Part shown: piece after piece, positions 8,855 to 18,261 of the stretch
How the letters are laid out: every line of letters starts with the position of its first letter
Numbering within the stretch: position 1 is the first letter of the stretch
Source of the DNA: Bacteroides sp.
Lineage (GTDB): Bacteria > Bacteroidota > Bacteroidia > Bacteroidales > SM23-62
Length of the DNA: 35,884 nucleotides
NCBI GenBank assembly: GCA_030667765.1
Contig: DAOUVF010000001.1
Span: 1-35,884 of the forward strand
Direction of reading: 5' to 3'
The notes under the pieces: model-generated
Told to the model about the DNA's origin: nothing
The model's input: only the letters and a program-made list of their open reading frames with translations
Databases searched by the model: none
Made by a program: the position numbers and the translations under genes

Positions 8855-9379
8855 ATGAATAAGTATTTTTCCATATCAAAATTAGGTCTTTTTTTTGGAA
8901 TTCTGGCAACGGCCGTCAGTTTTACTGCCTGTGTCAAGGACAATAAGGATGTTGTTCCCTATGCACGCATAGACCTGATCCTTGATCTTTCAACCGATCT
9001 GTCCCATCTCGGTCCCCAGGAAACAGCCACCATTATTCCCAATGCGAGCGGGATTGGCGGGGTAATCCGTTTCAGCCATCCCAAGTACCCGGAGATACCT
9101 TTAGGTGCCGGCCAGATCCTCCAGGGAAACGGGGTAATTATTTACCGGAGTGATGTCTACGAATATGAGGTCTATGATATCACATGTACTTTCCAGGCAC
9201 AGACAGATTATTGCAGGCTGGATCGCAGTGAAGATTTTGAGGGACTTTATGTATGTCCCTGCTGTGACTCAAAATTCCTCGTCCAGAATGATGGTTTTGT
9301 CTTCGAGGGACCCGCAGCCATGCCCCTTAAAAGGTATCCTGCCTACATACAGAATAATGCCCTGATCGTTCGCAATTAA
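8855..9379 (+). CDS. Rieske-fold-like lipoprotein with Cys-rich motifs
   Basis: Start [10 protein letters not shown]; lipobox-like FTAC; YDITCTF...C...CPCCDSKF...[10 protein letters not shown] resembles Rieske spacing and the GPA..PL motif. Confidence 0.75.
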   Translation: MNKYFSISKLGLFFGILATAVSFTACVKDNKDVVPYARIDLILDLSTDLSHLGPQETATIIPNASGIGGVIRFSHPKYPEIPLGAGQILQGNGVIIYRSDVYEYEVYDITCTFQAQTDYCRLDRSEDFEGLYVCPCCDSKFLVQNDGFVFEGPAAMPLKRYPAYIQNNALIVRN

Positions 9380-10800
9380 TACCTGTAATGATCAGATTTA
9401 TACGGGCCCTTAACAGGCACCCCGATATATGCTGATTGCTCTTCTGTTAACAGGGTCAGTTTTACACTCAGCTGGGCCAGGTGGAGACGGGCTACTTCCT
9501 CATCCAGTTTTTTGGGCAAACGGTAAACCCCGATTTCATATTTATTCTGCCAGAGTTCGATCTGGGCAAGGGACTGGTTGGTAAATGAATTACTCATCAC
9601 AAAGGATGGATGGCCGGTTGCACAACCCAGATTCACCAGGCGGCCCTCAGCCAGCATGAAGATGGCATGACCATCGGGGAAGATATACTTATCCACCTGT
9701 GGTTTGATATTGATCTTCTGCATCCCCTCCAGGTCATTCATTTTTTCAACCTGGATCTCGTTATCAAAATGGCCGATATTGCAAACGATGGCCTGATCTT
9801 TCATCCTGGACATGTGTTCGGCTGTTAATACATCCTTGTTCCCTGTAGCGGTCACATAGATATTCCCTTCTGCAATCGCTTCCTCTATGGTAGTAACCTT
9901 AAATCCTTCCATAGCAGCCTGCAGGGCACATATCGGATCAATCTCGGTAACGAGTATCCGAGCCCCGTATGACCTCATTGAATGTGCACAACCTTTGCCC
10001 ACATCCCCGTAACCAAGCACCACTACCACTTTCCCGGCGATCATAACATCGGTGGCACGTTTGATCCCATCAGCAAGTGATTCACGACAGCCATAGAGGT
10101 TGTCAAATTTGGATTTGGTGACCGAATCATTCACATTGATGGCAGGGAACAATAACTCGCCTTTCTCGTGCATCTGGTATAAACGGTGAACCCCGGTGGT
10201 TGTTTCCTCTGAAACACCCTGGATCTCCTTCACAATCCTGTGCCACTTATCCGGATCCAGTACGAGTGTTTCCTTCAGTTTGTTCAGGATTACTTCCTCT
10301 TCCCGGTTGCCGGGTTGTTTATCGAGTAAAGTGGAATCTTTTTCGGCTTTATACCCCATGTGGACCATCAATGTGGCATCTCCACCATCATCAACGATCA
10401 GGTTTGGTCCCATTCCCCCGGGGAAAGTGAGTGCCTGTTCCGTACACCACCAGTATTCTTCCAGGGTCTCGCCTTTCCATGCAAATACAGGAATCCCGGC
10501 CGCAGCGATGGCAGCCGCAGCATGATCCTGGGTGGAGAAAATATTACAGCTGGCCCATCTGACATCTGCGCCTAGCTTGACAAGAGTCTCAATAAGGACG
10601 GCTGTTTGTACGGTCATATGAAGTGATCCCGTGATCCGGGCCCCCTTCAGTGGTTGCTCTGCGGTAAACTTGCTACGAATTGCCATCAATCCGGGCATCT
10701 CTTTCTCAGCAATCTCTATCTCTTTCCGGCCAAATTCAGCCAGGCTTATGTCCTGTACTTTATATGTACTTACCTCTACTCTATCTTCCATTGTTTTCAT
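9376..10800 (-). CDS. ahcY: Adenosylhomocysteinase
   Basis: [49 protein letters not shown]. Start is probably ATG 10800 or 10791, because a promoter element overlaps the ORF-track start. Confidence 0.98.
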   Translation of the reverse strand: MKTMEDRVEVSTYKVQDISLAEFGRKEIEIAEKEMPGLMAIRSKFTAEQPLKGARITGSLHMTVQTAVLIETLVKLGADVRWASCNIFSTQDHAAAAIAAAGIPVFAWKGETLEEYWWCTEQALTFPGGMGPNLIVDDGGDATLMVHMGYKAEKDSTLLDKQPGNREEEVILNKLKETLVLDPDKWHRIVKEIQGVSEETTTGVHRLYQMHEKGELLFPAINVNDSVTKSKFDNLYGCRESLADGIKRATDVMIAGKVVVVLGYGDVGKGCAHSMRSYGARILVTEIDPICALQAAMEGFKVTTIEEAIAEGNIYVTATGNKDVLTAEHMSRMKDQAIVCNIGHFDNEIQVEKMNDLEGMQKINIKPQVDKYIFPDGHAIFMLAEGRLVNLGCATGHPSFVMSNSFTNQSLAQIELWQNKYEIGVYRLPKKLDEEVARLHLAQLSVKLTLLTEEQSAYIGVPVKGPYKSDHYRY

Positions 10801-10827
10801 TGCAATTATTTTTACTTTAAATCCCGA

Positions 10828-10835
10828 CAAAGTTA
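10828..10835 (-). promoter_or_regulatory. -7 promoter element (TAACTTTG) for ahcY
   Basis: Exact TAnnTTTG match on the minus strand in the ribF-ahcY gap. Confidence 0.6.
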
Positions 10836-10869
10836 CTCAAATCCGTGGATTAACTGGCCGGGACCTGCT

Positions 10870-11823
10870 TTATTCACCAAAGTCTGTGGCTGTTCCTTCA
10901 AAAATCCCGAGAGCCTTCTTACGGTCCTTCCCAAGCTGCAGTTTCAGGGCGTCAATACCCTGGAACTTCTGTTCATCCCTGATACGGGCTACATAGCTTA
11001 TCCGTATCCTTTCACTATATATATTCCTGTCAAAATCAAACAAATGCACCTCTATGGTTTTAAGTCCGGGATCATCATTAACCGTTGGCCTGCTTCCCAT
11101 ATTCATCATTCCCCTGTACCATGATCCTTTCAGTTCAGCTTTAACAGCATAAACGCCATCGGCTGGCATTAATTTATAATCCTCATCCATGGTGATATTG
11201 GCAGTAGGGAAACCTATGGATCTGCCAAGCCTGCTTCCCCCGACCACATTGCCTGAAAATCCATAGTCCCATCCCAGCATACTGTTTGCCCGCCGGATTT
11301 CGCCCCTCAGCAAAAAATCCCTGATCCCGGTTGAACTTATCCTACCGGATGCTGTCTGAAAGGCTTCCATTTGTTCAATTCCGAATGCATACTGCCCTGC
11401 ACAATCTTTCAAATTTTCAAAATCCCCCTCCCTGTCGCGCCCAAAGCGATGATTATAGCCAACAACGAGATGGGAGATCCTGTACTTTTCAACCAGTATT
11501 TCACGGATAAAATCACATGATGAAAGCCGGCTGAGTTCCGTGGTAAAAGGAATGATGATCAGGTGATCAAGTCCCGCCTGATCCAGCAGTTTCTTCTTCT
11601 CTTCCAGCGTATTCAGCAATTTAAAATGATTGCCTTCCTGGTTCAGTACCATCCGTGGATGTGGCCAGAGGGTAAGCACTACTGATTCTCCATCGAGTTG
11701 TGTGGCCCGCTCATTCAACTTTTCAAGAAAATAACGGTGTCCCAGGTGTACCCCGTCAAATATGCCAACGGTAAGTACAGGACGGGGGATTGCAATGGAT
11801 GATATATCGTTGTGGATCATCAT
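10870..11823 (-). CDS. ribF: Bifunctional riboflavin kinase/FAD synthetase
   Basis: GIFDGVHLGH, ISSTGIR, GRSIGFPTAN, GSRPTV, EVHLFDF, IRDEQKF; start likely ATG 11823 or 11820. Confidence 0.97.
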   Translation of the reverse strand: MMIHNDISSIAIPRPVLTVGIFDGVHLGHRYFLEKLNERATQLDGESVVLTLWPHPRMVLNQEGNHFKLLNTLEEKKKLLDQAGLDHLIIIPFTTELSRLSSCDFIREILVEKYRISHLVVGYNHRFGRDREGDFENLKDCAGQYAFGIEQMEAFQTASGRISSTGIRDFLLRGEIRRANSMLGWDYGFSGNVVGGSRLGRSIGFPTANITMDEDYKLMPADGVYAVKAELKGSWYRGMMNMGSRPTVNDDPGLKTIEVHLFDFDRNIYSERIRISYVARIRDEQKFQGIDALKLQLGKDRKKALGIFEGTATDFGE

Positions 11824-11928
11824 GGCGCCTGAAAGATTTGCCAAAATAAGCATAAAATGGTGAACCCGGCAAGCAGCTTTGGTTTAATCAGGCAATTTGG
11901 TTAATTTTCAAAGTCATTGACCCACATT

Positions 11929-13941
11929 ATGGAAACCCCTGATATTGTAAAAAATGATCCCTGGCTTAGTCCTTTTGAGGCAGTCATAAAAGACCGTATG
12001 AACCGTGCCAGGCAGAAGGAAGCTGAACTATTCCCGGACAGCCTTGCAGCTTTTGCTTCAGGACATTTATACTATGGCCTGCACCGTTTGGATAAGCAAT
12101 GGGTCTTCCGCGAATGGGCCCCCAATGCCACCAGGATATTTCTGGTCGGTGAGTTTACCGGCTGGGAAGAATCTCCGGAATGGGAATTGAAGTCCACCAC
12201 CAATGGAAACTGGGAACTAATGCTGCCCGCTGACAGCATTAAGCATGGTGATCTGTTCAGGCTGTCCATGCATTGGGCTGAGGGGCGGGGTGATCGTATA
12301 CCGGCATGGATAAACCGGGTCATACAGGACCCGGATACCTTGATCTTCAATGCCCAGGTCTGGCATCCGGATCAACAATATTCATTTAAAAACAAATGGA
12401 TGCCTGCCCGAAAATCCCCTCCACTGATCTATGAAGCACACCTGGGCATGTCATCGGAGGAAGAAAAGATCTCCTCCTACAGGGAATTCCGCGAAAATGT
12501 CCTGCCACGAATTGCAGCCGGCGGTTATAACATGATACAGCTAATGGCCATACAGGAACATCCTTATTATGGATCATTCGGCTACCATGTTTCCAGTTTT
12601 TTTGCTGCCTCTTCGCGCTTCGGCACCCCTGAAGAGTTGAAAGAACTGATTGATGAGGCCCATGGCATGGGTATCGCGATGATAATGGACCTGGTCCATT
12701 CCCATGCTGTTAAAAACGAGGTGGAAGGGCTTGGACGATTTGATGGCACACACTGGCAATATTTCCATGACGGTCCGAGAAGAGAACATATTGCGTGGGA
12801 CTCCCTCTGCTTCAATTATAGCAAAAACGAAGTGCTCCACTTCCTGCTATCCAACTGCCGGTACTGGCTTGAAGAATACCGTTTCGATGGTTTCCGTTTC
12901 GACGGGATCACAAGCATGCTTTATTATGATCATGGCCTGTCCAGGGATTTTATAAGTTACGAGATGTACTTTGACGGGCAGCAGGATGAGGATGCAATAA
13001 GCTACCTGATGCTGGCTAATAAACTGATAAAGGAAGTCCATGGAGACTCGGTCACGGTTGCAGAAGAGATGAGCGGAATGCCCGGACTGGGAGCCCCTCT
13101 GGAATCGGGTGGATTTGGTTTTGATTACAGGATGGCCATGGGGACACCTGACTACTGGATCAAGATCCTGAAAGAAAAATCCGACGAACAATGGAATGTC
13201 AGTGAAATCTATCGTGAACTCACCAGTAGACGGGACGATGAGCTTACCATCGGCTATGCGGAATCACATGATCAGGCGCTGGTGGGAGACAAAACGATCA
13301 TATTCAGGCTTTTGGATAAGGAAATGTATGACAGCATGAACCTCGGGAGCAATAACCTGGTCATTGAGCGGGGGATTGCCCTGCATAAGATGATCCGCCT
13401 GGTCACCTTTGCTACCTGTGGCGGAGGATACCTGAATTTCATGGGCAATGAATTCGGACATCCTGAATGGATCGATTTTCCGCGTGAAGGAAATAACTGG
13501 TCATATAAGTATGCAAGGCGGCAATGGTCGCTGGTCGATCATCCGGATCTCAGGTATAAGTTCTTAAGCAGGTTCGACCGGGATATGATCCACCTGTTCA
13601 GGGAGGAAAAGATCCTTACACATAAATGGCCTTATTTACTATTAGAGAACCCCGGCGACCAGATCCTTATATTTGGAAGGGGAGATCTTTTACTCGTATT
13701 AAATTTTAATCCTGTTAAATCATTCAGTGACTATGGATTCCCCGTTGATCCCGGTAAATTCCAGATCAGGCTCAATACCGACAGTGTGAATTATGGTGGC
13801 CAGGGACTGGTAGATGCTAATATGACTTATTACGCACATCCCGATCAACATACCTCCCCCAGGCACATGCTAAAACTGTATATTCCTGCACGTTCAGCCC
13901 TGGTATTAAAGAAACTACCCCATAAAAGGGTCCACCAGTAA
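11929..13941 (+). CDS. glgB: 1,4-alpha-glucan branching enzyme (GH13, eukaryote-like subtype)
   Basis: FREWAPNA, IYEAHLGM, QEHPYYGSFGYHV, FDGFRFDG, AEEMSG, YAESHDQALVGDKT, FMGNEFGHPEWIDFPR. Confidence 0.95.
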   Translation: METPDIVKNDPWLSPFEAVIKDRMNRARQKEAELFPDSLAAFASGHLYYGLHRLDKQWVFREWAPNATRIFLVGEFTGWEESPEWELKSTTNGNWELMLPADSIKHGDLFRLSMHWAEGRGDRIPAWINRVIQDPDTLIFNAQVWHPDQQYSFKNKWMPARKSPPLIYEAHLGMSSEEEKISSYREFRENVLPRIAAGGYNMIQLMAIQEHPYYGSFGYHVSSFFAASSRFGTPEELKELIDEAHGMGIAMIMDLVHSHAVKNEVEGLGRFDGTHWQYFHDGPRREHIAWDSLCFNYSKNEVLHFLLSNCRYWLEEYRFDGFRFDGITSMLYYDHGLSRDFISYEMYFDGQQDEDAISYLMLANKLIKEVHGDSVTVAEEMSGMPGLGAPLESGGFGFDYRMAMGTPDYWIKILKEKSDEQWNVSEIYRELTSRRDDELTIGYAESHDQALVGDKTIIFRLLDKEMYDSMNLGSNNLVIERGIALHKMIRLVTFATCGGGYLNFMGNEFGHPEWIDFPREGNNWSYKYARRQWSLVDHPDLRYKFLSRFDRDMIHLFREEKILTHKWPYLLLENPGDQILIFGRGDLLLVLNFNPVKSFSDYGFPVDPGKFQIRLNTDSVNYGGQGLVDANMTYYAHPDQHTSPRHMLKLYIPARSALVLKKLPHKRVHQ

Positions 13942-13963
13942 CGGCCCGGAACAATAAAGCCGG

Positions 13964-16900
13964 TCATGCCCATTTTACCAGTGCAAAATCCTGCCTGTGA
14001 GGCAGGTTTACATTCTTGGGAAATATCCTTATCCCGTAATTTAAAACACCTGACCGGGCCGGGCTAACTTCAATGCCGTAAAAGGCCTGCCCGTTTTCCT
14101 GTTTGACAAGGTCAAACTCCTTTGAATAAGTTATGGTCTCCAAATCCTCCCCATAACTAAAATCGGGTATTACGATCTCAACACCGATATCGGAAGGATG
14201 CAGTTCGTTTAGTTCGAGAACTACCTCAGCCCTGTAGGTGTCTCCAAGTGAGACAAGCTCGCGTGAAATGTCCGGATGCCTGAACCCGACTATATTGATA
14301 CCCTCCCAATGCCTTAAAACAAATCTTTTCCAGGAACTCAGGTCCCTTATCATGGCCAGGTCACCGGCCTTCATCTTTTCCGCCCGTTTGTAAAGTTTAT
14401 TATAAAACTTTTCTTCATAATCGATGAACATGCGGTTCATTGTAAAGTTTGGTGCTACCCGGGCAATGGAGTTTTTTATGTAAGAGATCCATTCAAGGGG
14501 AACATCATTGGTCCTCTGCCTGTAAAACATCTGCGTGATCTCATTTTCCAGTAATGAATAGATGGTTTCTGCATCCATTTCATCCTGGTAATGCTGGTTA
14601 TCATAGGTCCGCTGTTCAGGCAGGGCCCATCCTGCACCTTCCCTGTACCCCTCTGCCCACCAGCCATCCAATACGCTTAAATGTAGGCTTCCGTTCATGA
14701 TGGCTTTTTCCCCGCTGGTGCCTGATGCCTCAAGTGGCCTGGTGGGTGTATTAAGCCAAATATCTACTCCCTGCACAAGCTTTTGTGCCAGGCTGATATC
14801 ATAATTTTGGAGGAATAGTATCCTGCCTATGAATTCGGGCCGCTTTGATGTCTCAACGATAAATTTTATCAAATCCTGGCCGGCTTTGTCATTGGGATGT
14901 GCTTTTCCTGCAAAAATGATTTGTACCGGCCTTTCCGGATCATTTATAATCCTGGCCAGTCGCTCCGGGTCACGGAAGAGAAGATTGGCCCGCTTATAGG
15001 TGGCAAATCTCCTGGCAAAACCTATGGTGAGTACCTCACTGCTCAGGCGTTCCTCAACCTCCATGATGATCCTGGGATCTTCCAGTCTTTTGACAGCAGC
15101 CTTCTTAATCCTGGACTTGATATGCAGTATCATCTTATCACGCAGACTGTTGCGAAGATCCCATATTTCCTTGTCATCCACGTCGTAGATTTTTTGCCAC
15201 CGATTCAGATCAGATTGATTTTCCAGAAAATCATGTCCAAAATACTTCCTGTACAGATCTCTCCATTCCGGGGCAGTCCACGTAGGAAAATGGACACCGT
15301 TGGTGACATATCCTATATGCAGTTCATCCGGGTTATATCCTTTCCAGAGATCCCTGAACATATGCTGGGTCACTTTCCCGTGTAAACGGCTTACTCCATT
15401 GACTTCCTGGGATAGATTAATCGCCAGGTAACTCATGGAGAACTTTTCATGGTTATCTTCCGGATGCAAGCGTCCGAGCCCAATGAACTGCTCCCAGGAA
15501 ATGTTCAGCCGGTCAGGGTAATGGGACATATACATCCGTACCAGTCCTTCATCAAAACTATCATGTCCCGCCGGAACAGGTGTATGTGTGGTGTAGAGTG
15601 TAGTGGCCCTGACCAGTTCCAGTGCGTCAGGGTAAGAACGATTTTCCTCACTGATCAATGCACGAAGGCGTTCCAGCCCGATAAATGCGGCATGCCCTTC
15701 GTTGCAATGGTAAAGATCCGGTTCAATTCCCAGGGTCTGCAGCAGACGGATCCCGCCCACTCCCAGCAGCAATTCCTGCTTGAACCTGTTTTCAAGATCT
15801 CCTCCATAAAGATGGTGGGTTACACTCCTGTCCTGTTCAATATTCTCCTCAAAATCTGTATCCATCAGGTATAATTCAACCCGCCCCACATCTACCCGCC
15901 AGATCCTTGCTTTCATGGTCCGGCCAGGCATTTGTATACTGATGGTTTGCCAGTTGCCATGCTCATCCCTGACCTGCCGGGCAGGTATCCGGGAGAAATC
16001 CTGCGGTGTATTGGCTGAAATCTGTTCCCCGCTTGCGGAGACGATCTGGGTAAAATAACCATACCGGTATAACAGTCCCACGCCAACTAGATTCCGGTTA
16101 TAGTCACTCGCCTCTTTTAAATAATCACCTGCCAGTAGTCCGAGTCCCCCGGAATAAGTCTTCAGCGAATCATGGATGCCGTATTCCATGCTGAAATACG
16201 CAATGGCGGGTCCCACAGCCTCCTTTTTCAGCTCTACATATGCCTTGCATTTTTTATGGATCCTGTTCATTTCCCGGATAAATCCCTTATCCTCCTCAAG
16301 CTCCTTGAACCGGCTCAGGGGTAAACTCCTTGCTGCCAGGATGGGATTATGGTTTGATTCCTCCCAAAGATCCGGATCTATAGACTGGAAAAATGCTGTT
16401 GCTTCCTCGTCCCATGACCAGTACAGATTCATCGCTATATCTTCAAGGGGACTGAGTTTCTCGGGGATATTTTCCCGGACCTCAAACTTTTTCCAGTCAG
16501 GCTGTTCTGCCGTAATTTTCTCACTGATATATTCGGGCCTTTCCTTGTCAAAAAACAGGTTGGTGCGTCGCCTTGCCTTATCAAGCGCGATACCATAAGC
16601 CTGCCAGTAATACTCCACCAGGTTCTCCCAGAGGGCAATCCTGGATATTTCCCACGCCTCTTTCCTGGCATTTTCATAAGCTGCCTTTCCGAGTCCTGCG
16701 GTGGAAATAATGGCTTTTGCTATCCCATCAACAGTTTCCGAGTAATTATCATCATCCCTTTCGACAACGGCTATCCCGTGCTTTACTTCCCCGTATTCCT
16801 CCTTCACCCACAAGCCAAACCCGGCCAGGGTAGTAGTTACGCTGGGTATGCTAAAAGCCAGACTCTCCAGAGGGGTATACCCCCAGGGTTCATAATAGGA

Positions 16901-18205
16901 AGCAAATACCGTCAGGTCAAATCCGATCAGCAAATCATAGTACGGAAGGTTGAATATCCCGTCATTTCCATGCAAATAAGAAGGTACAAACACAATTTTG
17001 ACCCTGTTGCCATCCTTATTTGCCAGATTATTTTCCCTGATCTTGCCCAGGATGGGATCATATTCCGGATCGTGAAGATGATGCGTCAGGCAGCAGATCT
17101 CCTGGGGATCCAGTGGTTTCTTTTCTTTCATTGCATCCACCAGCTCTTTTCGGGGACCATAATGATGGGCCGGGATCAAAACGAAAACAACAATATCCCG
17201 GTTTACCTTATCGGAATGATTTACTTTGGAAAGTGCATCTATGAATACATCCAATCCCTTGTTCCGGAATTCATACCTGCCACTGGTGGCGATCAAAAGT
17301 GCATCCTCCCCGAGGGATTGATGGCTTACAAGTCCGGCTACCTCCATCAGCAAATCCCTGGCCTTCCCTCTTTTCTTTTTAAACTCAGCTTCTTCGGGAA
17401 CGAATGAATCCTCAAATCCATTCGGTGTGACAACACTTACTTCTTTCTTCAGGAACTGGGTACACTCCCTCGATGTTAACTTGCTAACGGTGGTAAATGC
17501 ATCTGCCTTTGCTGCAGCGAGTTTCTCGAGAGATTGCTTTGACACAACATTGAAATCATTGGATTTATCATCCCCGTCATACTCTTCGAGTCTTCCATAG
17601 AGAGGGAGCTGGTTCCCGGCAATGGATCTCCCGATGACTGTGGCATGTGTAGTAAAAGTAGTAGCAATCTGGGGACGTAGTTCATTCAGGTAGAGTACAC
17701 CCGCCCCGGTCATCCATTCATGGAACTGGGCAACCACTCGCGTCCGGGTATTGAGATAGAACCCGGTATAGCTTTCAATGACCTTGCCGGCCGCATATCC
17801 AAAAAGACATGGTTCTATGTAATCCCACTGGCCCGATATCGAATCCAGCTGAAAGCTCTCCCAGAGTTTACTGAAAATCTCATCCTTCATTCCCATGAAA
17901 GTGGTAAAATCAAGGATGATGGCGATGGGCCTGCCGGCGATTTTCCACCTGCCAACCTTGATCCTCAGACCCTCCCCCAGGGCATGCTGTTTCCATGCAT
18001 GGAAGAGCATTTTATCCTCCTCAAATTCAGGATTTTCTCCTGAATCCCGCCATACATCCGGACCGATCAGGATATGTCTGTTCTGTAGTTCAGCCTGCAG
18101 TGATTTTGCCTTGGTTGATATTACTGTATGTATGCCCCCTACTTTATTACAAACCTCCCAGCTTACCTCAAACAGATAGTCCGGAGTCAGATATTTCTTT
18201 GCCAT
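13964..18205 (-). CDS. glgP: Fused GT3 glycogen synthase (N-terminal, about 550 aa) and GT35 alpha-glucan phosphorylase (C-terminal)
   Basis: N-part: FEVSWEVCNKVGGIHTV, QFHEWMTG, SGRYEFRNKG, SYYEPWGYTPLE. C-part: YSGGLGLLAGD, NEGHAAF, TTHTPVPAGHD, ARRFATYKRA, AGKAHP, EASGTSGEK (PLP lysine). Confidence 0.93.
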   Translation of the reverse strand: MAKKYLTPDYLFEVSWEVCNKVGGIHTVISTKAKSLQAELQNRHILIGPDVWRDSGENPEFEEDKMLFHAWKQHALGEGLRIKVGRWKIAGRPIAIILDFTTFMGMKDEIFSKLWESFQLDSISGQWDYIEPCLFGYAAGKVIESYTGFYLNTRTRVVAQFHEWMTGAGVLYLNELRPQIATTFTTHATVIGRSIAGNQLPLYGRLEEYDGDDKSNDFNVVSKQSLEKLAAAKADAFTTVSKLTSRECTQFLKKEVSVVTPNGFEDSFVPEEAEFKKKRGKARDLLMEVAGLVSHQSLGEDALLIATSGRYEFRNKGLDVFIDALSKVNHSDKVNRDIVVFVLIPAHHYGPRKELVDAMKEKKPLDPQEICCLTHHLHDPEYDPILGKIRENNLANKDGNRVKIVFVPSYLHGNDGIFNLPYYDLLIGFDLTVFASYYEPWGYTPLESLAFSIPSVTTTLAGFGLWVKEEYGEVKHGIAVVERDDDNYSETVDGIAKAIISTAGLGKAAYENARKEAWEISRIALWENLVEYYWQAYGIALDKARRRTNLFFDKERPEYISEKITAEQPDWKKFEVRENIPEKLSPLEDIAMNLYWSWDEEATAFFQSIDPDLWEESNHNPILAARSLPLSRFKELEEDKGFIREMNRIHKKCKAYVELKKEAVGPAIAYFSMEYGIHDSLKTYSGGLGLLAGDYLKEASDYNRNLVGVGLLYRYGYFTQIVSASGEQISANTPQDFSRIPARQVRDEHGNWQTISIQMPGRTMKARIWRVDVGRVELYLMDTDFEENIEQDRSVTHHLYGGDLENRFKQELLLGVGGIRLLQTLGIEPDLYHCNEGHAAFIGLERLRALISEENRSYPDALELVRATTLYTTHTPVPAGHDSFDEGLVRMYMSHYPDRLNISWEQFIGLGRLHPEDNHEKFSMSYLAINLSQEVNGVSRLHGKVTQHMFRDLWKGYNPDELHIGYVTNGVHFPTWTAPEWRDLYRKYFGHDFLENQSDLNRWQKIYDVDDKEIWDLRNSLRDKMILHIKSRIKKAAVKRLEDPRIIMEVEERLSSEVLTIGFARRFATYKRANLLFRDPERLARIINDPERPVQIIFAGKAHPNDKAGQDLIKFIVETSKRPEFIGRILFLQNYDISLAQKLVQGVDIWLNTPTRPLEASGTSGEKAIMNGSLHLSVLDGWWAEGYREGAGWALPEQRTYDNQHYQDEMDAETIYSLLENEITQMFYRQRTNDVPLEWISYIKNSIARVAPNFTMNRMFIDYEEKFYNKLYKRAEKMKAGDLAMIRDLSSWKRFVLRHWEGINIVGFRHPDISRELVSLGDTYRAEVVLELNELHPSDIGVEIVIPDFSYGEDLETITYSKEFDLVKQENGQAFYGIEVSPARSGVLNYGIRIFPKNVNLPHRQDFALVKWA

Positions 18206-18261
18206 ATTATTTCAAATGATAGATTAAATGATGAGAATTTTATCAGGATCCTGATTGATTG

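Noticed and set aside
10801..10869. Possible SAH/SAM riboswitch before ahcY
   Set aside because: The putative promoter leaves only a very short leader, and no recognisable aptamer is present
14897..18219. Several 100-200 aa plus-strand ORFs
   Set aside because: Shadows of the GT3-GT35 gene with no recognisable motifs
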